Origin: Candidatus Saccharimonadota bacterium
GTDB taxonomy: Bacteria > Patescibacteriota > Microgenomatia > UBA1406 > GWC2-37-13
Reading direction: 5' to 3'
Assembly: GCA_016700135.1 (NCBI GenBank)
Contig: CP065004.1
Span: 1,416,137 to 1,448,136 of the forward strand
DNA: 32,000 bases
The notes below the pieces were generated by a model that was not told where the DNA came from, made no database searches, and saw only the letters and a list, made by a program, of their open reading frames with translations. How positions within the stretch are numbered: position 1 is the first letter of the stretch; each line of letters starts with the position of its first letter. Shown piece after piece: positions 23,970 through 31,286 of this stretch. Position numbers and translations under genes: made by a program.

Positions 23970-24923
23970 TTAACTTACATTGCCTCTAGCTTCAATAAGA
24001 TCAACAACATTTGCCCATACTTTCTTTCCGATAATTTTCTCGGACTGCGGTGATACTTCAAAAGCAATATTTACTTCTTCAAAGTAATAATTGCCTTTCA
24101 CATCCCTCACAAAGTCAATACCTGCAAGATCTCCTTGCACCGCATCAAGTACGCATTTTGCATACTGAACAAGTCGTGTATCAATACTATCATATTTTGT
24201 GATTGACCCTCCCCTGCTGAGATTTGTCAGAAAGGAATGCTGCGGTGCATTGCGATAATAGGCTTTCTCTACTATCGGCTCACCCGTCTTTGCGTCACGG
24301 GATACGATAATACGGATATCCCTATATCGGTTTTTCAGTTTCTTTTCTTTTTCTATGGTTTTTTGGATCATGATCGGTTCTTCATTGGAGAAGGAATGAA
24401 GAAGAAGTCTGAGTTCACGCTCATTGGTGACATGAAATACTCCTTCTCCGCGGCCGGAATCCGGTTTTTTGATTACACAGCTTCCGTCCTTTTGGATCAT
24501 TTTCATTGCCTTCGATTCTGCAATATTTTTGTCAAAAGCGACACATGTTTCCGGGTTTATGTCCGTTTTAATATTATTCTCTCTGAAATATTTTTCTACC
24601 TGCAGGTGGGTTAGGTATTTGTCCTGTCCCATAATGATGTAGTGTAAACCGTTTAAAATGGGAACATTTTTGTTTTGGTATTCGGTCAGGTATGTCAGAT
24701 ATGCCGCAAAAATCGGCTCTGACAGTGACGACAATTCCGGTCTTGCCAAAATGACATCAGGTGTTTCTCTTTTCGTCATTTTTTTGCCGTACAGCACCCG
24801 CCTCGGATCGATAATCCTGACACTGTGCCCGCGTTTTGTGGCAGTTCTGATAATACATTGTTCGACACGTCCCACTTTGTCGTGTTTGAGAATATGGATA
24901 TTCAATTTTTTCATAGTAATCAT
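23970..24923 (-). CDS. RimK-like ATP-grasp ligase
   Basis: The ORF track starts at a TTG at 25010. ATG candidates are at 24923 (MITMKK...) and 24914. ATP-grasp features are VIKKPDSGRGEGVF, MIQKTIE, RDIRIIV, TNLSRGG and GIDFVRDVKGNYYFEEVN. Its stop codon is separated from the folC start by a 10-nt gap. Confidence 0.75.
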   Translation of the reverse strand: MITMKKLNIHILKHDKVGRVEQCIIRTATKRGHSVRIIDPRRVLYGKKMTKRETPDVILARPELSSLSEPIFAAYLTYLTEYQNKNVPILNGLHYIIMGQDKYLTHLQVEKYFRENNIKTDINPETCVAFDKNIAESKAMKMIQKDGSCVIKKPDSGRGEGVFHVTNERELRLLLHSFSNEEPIMIQKTIEKEKKLKNRYRDIRIIVSRDAKTGEPIVEKAYYRNAPQHSFLTNLSRGGSITKYDSIDTRLVQYAKCVLDAVQGDLAGIDFVRDVKGNYYFEEVNIAFEVSPQSEKIIGKKVWANVVDLIEARGNVS

Positions 24924-25135
24924 ACAATTTAAAACTGACCGATTGTCATTATATTTATTCTTATTTTGAGCGGAGTTACCAATACTATAAGATAAATGCT
25001 GAAAAATCAAGTTGTATTATTTGAACAGTTTTGATACCCTTTATTCAGAATATTTTTTCCAAATTATTCCAAACCCATGGTGTAACAAATCTTTCTACAA
25101 CCAACCTTCATTATTGATAATTTATTTTTACTCCT

Positions 25136-26467
25136 ATGGCACACCAAGATAAACAGATTTACGAGCTTATCGAAAAAGAAAACTACCGTCAAAAAACGGG
25201 AATCGAACTCATTCCGTCTGAAAATTATGCCTCAGAGCATGTCCGCAAACCGCTTTCATCATCATTTGTAAATAAATACTCCGAAGGCTATCCGAAAAAG
25301 CGCTACTACGGCGGCAATGAAAATGTTGACGAGGTTGAGCTTATTGCTCAGGAACGGGCTAAAAAATTATTCGGTGTCGAATATGCCAACGTTCAGCCAT
25401 ATTCAGGCTCACCTGCCAACTTCGCAGTCTATATGGCAACTTGTCAGCCGGGTGACACAATCATGGGACAGGCACTTGTGACGGGCGGACATCTCACCCA
25501 CGGCGCACACGTATCTTTCAGCGCCACTTATTTTAACAGCGTCCAGTATGGTGTTCTGCAAGAGAAACGTGAGAAAGACGGGCTCTTTGATTTTGCCGCT
25601 ATCCGAAAACTGGCACTTGAGCATAAGCCGAAACTTATCTGGGTCGGAGCATCAGCCTATCCGCTGCAAATTCCTTTTGAGCGGTTTGCCGAAATCGCCG
25701 ACGAAGTAGGTGCCTATCTTGCGGCCGATATTGCACACATCGCCGGCCTGGTGGCAGGCGGGCAGCATCCCAGTCCAGTTCCGCATGTCCACATCGTCAC
25801 AACAACAACACACAAAACACTTCGCGGACCCCGCGGAGGCATCATAATGGTGACAAAAAAAGGGCTTGAAAAAGATCCTGAGCTGCCCCAGAAGATCAAT
25901 AAAGCAGTATTCCCGGGTCTTCAGGGAGGTCCTCATGACAATCAAACTGCAGCCATTGCTGTCGCCCTTTATGAAGCATCTCAACCAGATTTTAAAAAAT
26001 ATGCGGCGCAGATCGTCAAAAACGCTCAAGCTCTCGCGAAAACATTGAAATCAGGCGGTATCAATCTTGTCGGCGAAGGATCCGAGAATCATCTTATTCT
26101 CGCTGATCTGACAAAAACTCACGGAGCCGGAGCAGGGTATTTTGCCGAATATGCTTTGGATGCTGTAGGTTTGACCATGAATAAGAATACCGTACCAGGT
26201 GAACAAAGCTCACCCTTTTATCCGTCAGGTATTAGAATGGGTACCCCTGCTGCAACAACACGGGGAATGAAAGAAAAGGATATGCAGTTTATCGGAAACA
26301 TAATGCTGCAAGTCCTCGAAATCACCAAAAAGTACCGATTGCCTGATACAAAAGAAAAAAGACTTCCGTATTTGAAAACTTTTCGGGAAGAAATCAACGC
26401 ACATTCTAAACTCAAAAAGCTGAAAAAAGAGGTCGAGCAGATGGCAGTAGGGTTTGATATACCGTAA
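25136..26467 (+). CDS. glyA: serine hydroxymethyltransferase
   Basis: 443-aa ORF with ELIPSENY, GYPKKRYYGG, the PLP-lysine context TTTTHKTLRGPRGG, and GGPHDNQ. Confidence 0.96.
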   Translation: MAHQDKQIYELIEKENYRQKTGIELIPSENYASEHVRKPLSSSFVNKYSEGYPKKRYYGGNENVDEVELIAQERAKKLFGVEYANVQPYSGSPANFAVYMATCQPGDTIMGQALVTGGHLTHGAHVSFSATYFNSVQYGVLQEKREKDGLFDFAAIRKLALEHKPKLIWVGASAYPLQIPFERFAEIADEVGAYLAADIAHIAGLVAGGQHPSPVPHVHIVTTTTHKTLRGPRGGIIMVTKKGLEKDPELPQKINKAVFPGLQGGPHDNQTAAIAVALYEASQPDFKKYAAQIVKNAQALAKTLKSGGINLVGEGSENHLILADLTKTHGAGAGYFAEYALDAVGLTMNKNTVPGEQSSPFYPSGIRMGTPAATTRGMKEKDMQFIGNIMLQVLEITKKYRLPDTKEKRLPYLKTFREEINAHSKLKKLKKEVEQMAVGFDIP

Positions 26468-26498
26468 AAAACCAGTGCAGGTTGTACCTGGTACCTAG

Positions 26499-26504
26499 TA
26501 TAAT
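26499..26504 (+). promoter_or_regulatory. TATAAT hexamer 6 nt upstream of the ATG at 26511 (possible leaderless transcript)
   Basis: Seen directly. No Shine-Dalgarno motif and no good -35 element. Confidence 0.25.
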
Positions 26505-26510
26505 ATACTC

Positions 26511-26816
26511 ATGATTAAGCTACTGATTGCCGCAGATATAGTTATGGCAGCGGCATTCGCATGGGTGTATCGGTTCCTCCCGGAACAGCTTCCGATTTTC
26601 TACTCCAAACCCTGGGGAGAAGCACAAATTGCCGATAAATGGTATATATTCCTGTTGCCTGTTCTGATGCACGGTATCTTTTTCCTGAATTCTGCCGTAT
26701 CAAACAGGTTCTTTTCGGATGCTCCGCAACTTAAGAAACTCATGAATGTCGCCAATGCATTTTTTATTCTTAGTTTTACGGGAGTCTTTTTGAAGATCCT
26801 GTTTCTCATCACCTGA
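26511..26816 (+). CDS. small integral membrane protein, unknown function
   Basis: 101-aa ORF with three hydrophobic segments. Its stop overlaps the next start (TGATG). No family recognised. Confidence 0.6.
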   Translation: MIKLLIAADIVMAAAFAWVYRFLPEQLPIFYSKPWGEAQIADKWYIFLLPVLMHGIFFLNSAVSNRFFSDAPQLKKLMNVANAFFILSFTGVFLKILFLIT

Positions 26817-27895
26817 TGTTTACCACCGCAGTTATTATTATCGGCGCCTCTGCACTTATATCGTACCTTACGACACCGTTTGCCATCCGGGTGGCAAAAA
26901 AATACAAATTGATGACCGACGTCTCGACCCGCACCCATCCAGCACACACCCATACCGGCATTATTCCCCGCGGAGGCGGAATTCCGATTTTCATCTCCCT
27001 TCTCGTGTGCAGTCTTATTTTTCTACCGATGAATAAAATAGTTTCCGGGATATTGATTGCAAATGCGTTCCTGCTTATCCTCGGATTACTTGATGACAAA
27101 TACGATGTCTCCCCGTATCTGAGGTTTATTATGAATCTGACAATTTCTACAATGGTTGTTGGTTTCGGATTGGGTATTCCTTTCATCTCCAATCCTTTCG
27201 GGGATGTCATCCAGCTCAATATATGGAAACTTACGTTTGATTTTTTCGGTGTGCGGAATATTCTGATTTTGGCTGATATTCTTGCTGTTGTCTGGCTTTC
27301 ATGGATGATGAATATGGTCAACTGGAGTAAGGGAGTAGACGGACAGCTTCCCGGTTTTGTAGCAATAACGGCGCTTTTTCTCGGAATTTTATCGCAGAGA
27401 TTTGTCGGCCATGACATCAGGGCAGAAACGGTTATGATTCTTTCATTCATCGTATCAGGTGCATATCTCGGCTTTTTGCCGTTCAACTTTTTCCCGCAGC
27501 GGATAATGCCCGGGTACGGCGGCGGTTCCATGGCTGGATTTTTGCTGGGAGTACTTTCGATTCTTTCATTCGGGAAAGTAGGAACTGCAATTCTGGTACT
27601 TGCTATTCCGATGATTGATGCTGTTTACACTATTATCAGACGGCTGCGTCATAAAAAATCTCCCTTCAGGGCCGATTGGGGTCACTTTCATCACCGCCTC
27701 ATTGAGATCGGCTGGGGAAAGCGTCGTATTGCGGTCTTTTATTGGACTATTTCGCTTATTCTCGGCATTACCAGTCTTTTTCTGTCCGGAATTGAAAAAT
27801 TTATAGCGTTTATAACTGTCGGGATTGTCCTGGTTGTTTTTATCATTGTTATTGACCGTATGAAAAAGTTGAATGCACAATACAAACAGCTATGA
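26816..27895 (+). CDS. MraY/WecA-family polyprenyl-phosphate sugar-1-phosphate transferase (glycosyltransferase family 4)
   Basis: 359-aa polytopic ORF. It has IPRGGGIP, LLDDKYDVSP and MNMVNWSKGVDGQLPG (a divergent form of the N.N..DG.DGL motif), plus the HHRL C-terminal motif. Confidence 0.8.
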   Translation: MFTTAVIIIGASALISYLTTPFAIRVAKKYKLMTDVSTRTHPAHTHTGIIPRGGGIPIFISLLVCSLIFLPMNKIVSGILIANAFLLILGLLDDKYDVSPYLRFIMNLTISTMVVGFGLGIPFISNPFGDVIQLNIWKLTFDFFGVRNILILADILAVVWLSWMMNMVNWSKGVDGQLPGFVAITALFLGILSQRFVGHDIRAETVMILSFIVSGAYLGFLPFNFFPQRIMPGYGGGSMAGFLLGVLSILSFGKVGTAILVLAIPMIDAVYTIIRRLRHKKSPFRADWGHFHHRLIEIGWGKRRIAVFYWTISLILGITSLFLSGIEKFIAFITVGIVLVVFIIVIDRMKKLNAQYKQL

Positions 27896-29091
27896 GTAAC
27901 ATCGTTGTCGGTATTTCATCCGGAATTGCCGCATACAAAATCGTTGATCTGATCGAGATACTTTTGAAAAAGAATCATGCAGTTGATGTGATGATGACAC
28001 AAAAGGCATCGTACATGATCTCTCCCGGGAAAATTGAGGAGATGACGGGAAGACAGGTCTATATCAATCTTTTTGAAGATAATTTTTCGTATGAACGGGT
28101 GCTGAAAAGCCGGAAGGTCGATCATATTGAGCTTGCAAAACACGCAGATGTTTTTGTCATAGCACCGGCAACTGCCAATATCATAGCCAAAATGGCAAGC
28201 GGGATCGCTGATGATTTTCTGACAACTTCTCTTCTTGCAACCAGCTCTCCTGTTCTGATCTGCCCTTCGATGAATGACGTCATGTGGTATCATCCGGCGA
28301 CACAGCACAATCTGAGGAGGCTTGAATCGTTCGGCTATGAAGTCTTTTCTCCTGCTTCTGGTTCACTTGCGTGCGGTACGGAAGGAATCGGAAGACTGCA
28401 GGAACCAAAAGATATTGCTCATGAGATTGATCTTGTCCTCAACCGTACACAAAAACTCAGGGGGAAAAAAGTACTTGTCACTGGAGGAGGAACAATCGAG
28501 CCGATTGATGATGTCAGGGTGATAACGAATCGCGGCTCTGGAAAGATGGGGAAAGCTCTGGCAGAGATTTGCTATCGATACGGCGCCGATGTGACATTCA
28601 TACACTCCGAACAATCAGTAAAATCTCATCTTCCGATCAGATCAATAGTATTCCACAGCACTCAGGAACTTGCAGAGATCATTGAAAAGGAAGTCAAGGA
28701 TGCTGATATTATGTTCCATACTGCAGCAGTATCCGATTTTACGGCCGAGAGATACAAAGGGAAAATAGAAAGTACGGAAGATATTAATGTCGAACTGAGG
28801 CCTACACCGAAAATCATAAATAAGGTCAAGAAATGGAATCCCAAGATCACGCTTATCGGTTTCAAAGCAATTACTTCAAGCAATGAAGATGAAATTCAAA
28901 AACAAGCTACAAAACTCTTCGAAAATGCTCATGCCGACACCGTGATCGTCAATGACGTCAGCCGTCATGATATCGGATTTGAGTCAAACGAGAATGAAGT
29001 CTACGTCGTAACTCCTGATAGAAAAATTACAAAACTTGAAAAAGCGAGTAAGATCCACATCGCTGAGGAACTGCTGAAAAAACTTCTGTAA
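27892..29091 (+). CDS. coaBC: bifunctional phosphopantothenoylcysteine decarboxylase / phosphopantothenate-cysteine ligase
   Basis: 399-aa ORF. The N-terminal flavoprotein domain has GISSGIAAYK and PSMNDVMW. The C-terminal DFP ligase domain has VTGGGTIEPIDDVRVITNRGSGKMG and AAVSDF. There is an ATGA overlap with the upstream gene. Confidence 0.92.
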   Translation: MSNIVVGISSGIAAYKIVDLIEILLKKNHAVDVMMTQKASYMISPGKIEEMTGRQVYINLFEDNFSYERVLKSRKVDHIELAKHADVFVIAPATANIIAKMASGIADDFLTTSLLATSSPVLICPSMNDVMWYHPATQHNLRRLESFGYEVFSPASGSLACGTEGIGRLQEPKDIAHEIDLVLNRTQKLRGKKVLVTGGGTIEPIDDVRVITNRGSGKMGKALAEICYRYGADVTFIHSEQSVKSHLPIRSIVFHSTQELAEIIEKEVKDADIMFHTAAVSDFTAERYKGKIESTEDINVELRPTPKIINKVKKWNPKITLIGFKAITSSNEDEIQKQATKLFENAHADTVIVNDVSRHDIGFESNENEVYVVTPDRKITKLEKASKIHIAEELLKKLL

Positions 29092-29236
29092 TAAGACTAA
29101 AAGCAGCACTGAACAAATTTTTCCTTTCGTGCGCAGAAATCTAAATTTGTGAATGAAGTGGATGTTCGAGCTGACAGGAATAGGCGAGTTCACTTCTGAA
29201 CAAATTTTTGGTTACCAGCACGTATAAAGACTTGAT

Positions 29237-29569
29237 TTATTCCTCGAGCGTTCCTTTAAAAAGATACATACCTTCTTCGTGAGTGAAACGTACCGATAAA
29301 CCGGTTTCGTCGTCAGTATACACATGTTCCCGGGCATCATTAACAATTGTTGTGCCCACCAATGCAGTCGCTTCATCATTGAGATACGGGACTCCTTCTT
29401 CTCCTGTGACAATCTCACGTGTGCGCAGACTTTCTTCGCCCTTTTTCAGCCGTTCAGCCGTGGTGTCTGTCGGAGATAACCCGTAGTCTCTAAACTTTTC
29501 ATCGTCCGTAACGCCGTAAAGAACAAGAATAAAAAGTAATTCGTCTTCTGTAAGTGAAAGTGAGTACAT
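29237..29569 (-). CDS. acidic hypothetical protein (110 aa)
   Basis: The ORF track starts at a TTG at 29641, and the first ATG is at 29569 (MYSLSLTEDELLFIL...). No recognisable family. The coding assignment rests only on ORF length and the lack of a competing gene. Confidence 0.5.
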   Translation of the reverse strand: MYSLSLTEDELLFILVLYGVTDDEKFRDYGLSPTDTTAERLKKGEESLRTREIVTGEEGVPYLNDEATALVGTTIVNDAREHVYTDDETGLSVRFTHEEGMYLFKGTLEE

Positions 29570-29643
29570 ATTTTTTTTGAATAGTAACACGGTAATAATA
29601 CCATATGAAAAGAACTTGAAAACTATCTTTACAAGTGACAAGG

Positions 29644-29649
29644 TATAAT
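29644..29649 (+). promoter_or_regulatory. TATAAT hexamer 9 nt upstream of the miaB-like ATG
   Basis: Seen directly. No Shine-Dalgarno motif. Confidence 0.25.
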
Positions 29650-29658
29650 ATAAGTCCC

Positions 29659-30951
29659 ATGAAATATTTTGTTAAAACATTCGGCTGTCAGCAGAATGTT
29701 GCTGATTCGGAGCGCATAGCCCAGGCTTTTGCCGCAAGGGGATTTACCGAGGCCCGCGACTATGAAGATGCTAACTACGTCATCATCAACACCTGCATGG
29801 TCCGTGAATCCGCGGAAAACCGGGTCTACGGACTGGTAAACAACCTGGGCACAATCAAAGCACAGAAATCAAAAAATAATGAGCTTTTTAAGATTATTGT
29901 GACAGGATGTATGGTCGGCATCGCATTCCGTGACAAAACCGGAAAATTCCTTTCAAAGATCAGAAAAGCCATGCCCAATGCAGATGAATTCATGCCGATT
30001 GAAGAGGTCGGATTCGACAGTGAGCCGGTCCGTCAGGATCATCATCAGGCATGGGTCCCGATCTCCAACGGCTGCAATAACTTTTGTACATTTTGTATCG
30101 TACCCTTTACCAGAGGCCGTGAGATCAGCCGTCCTTATGAAGATATCATTGAAGAATGTCTCCATCTGAAAGCCCGCGGTTACAAGAAGGTTACTCTTCT
30201 CGGTCAGAATGTTAACTCATACGGTGCGGATCTTATTCTCGGAAAAGAAAATGTGCAGGTCATGCGCGATATTGAAAAAACATATTTTGACCCTTCTTCG
30301 GTCATCCTAAACCAGACCGAAGCGAAAGTGAAGGGTCCAACACACAAAATGGATTCTTCGGTTTCACCCCAAAATGACAAAGATTTTTCCATAACCTCAA
30401 TCCGTGCTAAATTTACTTACAACGGTCGCAATGTCGAACCTGTATATGTGAAACACCTCGGTAAAATGCGTATACCCACACTGTTCCCCTATCTTCTTGA
30501 GGATATTGCCCGCATGGATTTTGAGACCGTCGATTTCGTCTCTTCGAACCCGTGGGATTTTTCTGATGAACTTATCGACATGATTGCAAAGTACCCGAAC
30601 ATTACTCGAACCATTCATCTGCCCGTCCAGTCAGGAGATGATAATGTGCTCAAGCGCATGAACCGATGGTACACGGCAGATGACTATCTCAACATTATCG
30701 AAAAGCTTCGCACGAAAGTTCCTGAGATCAAATTCACAACCGACATAATCGTCGGATTCTGCGGTGAAACGGATGAAGAGTTTGCAAACACCGTCAAATT
30801 GGCTGAAAAAGTCGGATTTGAAAAAGCATATCTTGCGATGTACTCAGAACGGCCTATGACGGCAGCCACCAAAGTAATGACGGACGATGTACCTCATGCA
30901 GTCAAGAAGGACCGCTGGAAAAAACTTGAAAGGATAATCAACGGATATTGA
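29659..30951 (+). CDS. MiaB/RimO-family radical-SAM methylthiotransferase lacking the C-terminal TRAM domain
   Basis: The ORF track starts at a GTG at 29635. The ATG at 29659 gives the canonical MKYFVKTFGCQQN. It has the UPF0004 cysteines (FGC, NTC, TGC), the radical-SAM CNNFCTFC, and HLPVQSGDDNVLKRMNR. The ORF stops straight after the radical-SAM core. It carries an extra segment of about 70 aa after GQNVNSYG. Confidence 0.85.
   Translation: MKYFVKTFGCQQNVADSERIAQAFAARGFTEARDYEDANYVIINTCMVRESAENRVYGLVNNLGTIKAQKSKNNELFKIIVTGCMVGIAFRDKTGKFLSKIRKAMPNADEFMPIEEVGFDSEPVRQDHHQAWVPISNGCNNFCTFCIVPFTRGREISRPYEDIIEECLHLKARGYKKVTLLGQNVNSYGADLILGKENVQVMRDIEKTYFDPSSVILNQTEAKVKGPTHKMDSSVSPQNDKDFSITSIRAKFTYNGRNVEPVYVKHLGKMRIPTLFPYLLEDIARMDFETVDFVSSNPWDFSDELIDMIAKYPNITRTIHLPVQSGDDNVLKRMNRWYTADDYLNIIEKLRTKVPEIKFTTDIIVGFCGETDEEFANTVKLAEKVGFEKAYLAMYSERPMTAATKVMTDDVPHAVKKDRWKKLERIINGY
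30289..30337. repeat. 49-nt nested hairpin inside the miaB-like CDS
   Basis: GACCCTTC-TTCGGTC-ATCCTAAACCA-GACCGAA-GCGAAAGT-GAAGGGTC. The outer stem is 8 bp and the directly stacked inner stem is 7 bp, with an 8-nt 3' bulge. It contains GTCATCCTAAACC, which resembles the repeat-family 5' end. Confidence 0.6.
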
Positions 30952-31286
30952 TTTACTCTGAACTGAATTCTTACAAAACCTTCACCCAATTCAAGCATGA
31001 TAGGGTTATCATAGCTGTTATGATGCACCTTCTTTCCTACATAAACCCAATGAAACGCTTAGGTATACGTGAGTATTCTTTTATTTTTCCCTTGGTGACA
31101 CTTGCTGTCGCAGCTGTCTTAAATGAACTGTATGCTGTTGTACTTCTGCAGGATCCTGAAGCTGTCGGTTCTACTGCTATCTTTGTGTTTTTGTTCTTAA
31201 TCATATATTTTTCTTTCCATGACGGGAGAAAAGGAGGATTTATCGCAGTAATCGGAACGATCAGTTACTACATATATATTATTTAG
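30948..31286 (+). CDS. hypothetical membrane protein fragment, probably 3'-truncated by the IS1595 insertion
   Basis: The ORF begins at a TTG at 30948, with ATGs at 31020 and 31050. It has two or three hydrophobic helices. Its TAG stop (31284..31286) overlaps the first base of the IS inverted repeat. Confidence 0.45.
   Translation: MIYSELNSYKTFTQFKHDRVIIAVMMHLLSYINPMKRLGIREYSFIFPLVTLAVAAVLNELYAVVLLQDPEAVGSTAIFVFLFLIIYFSFHDGRKGGFIAVIGTISYYIYII

Noticed and set aside
26809-27531. 240-aa ORF on the minus strand
   Set aside because: It is entirely antisense to the well-supported MraY/WecA-like CDS and has odd composition with no recognisable motifs. This is a shadow ORF. The same reasoning applies to 27916..28308, 27566..27880 and 26600..26953.
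29153-29227. 24-codon ORF (MKWMFELTGIGEFTSEQIFGYQHV) in the coaBC downstream spacer
   Set aside because: It is too short, has no recognisable family and no upstream signal. It cannot be supported from sequence alone.
31146-31170. AGGATCCTGAA inside the truncated membrane ORF resembles the outer arm of repeat copy B
   Set aside because: Only 10 of 11 positions match, with no complementary arm and no GATGAC end. A match of that quality is expected by chance at about 0.5 per window.
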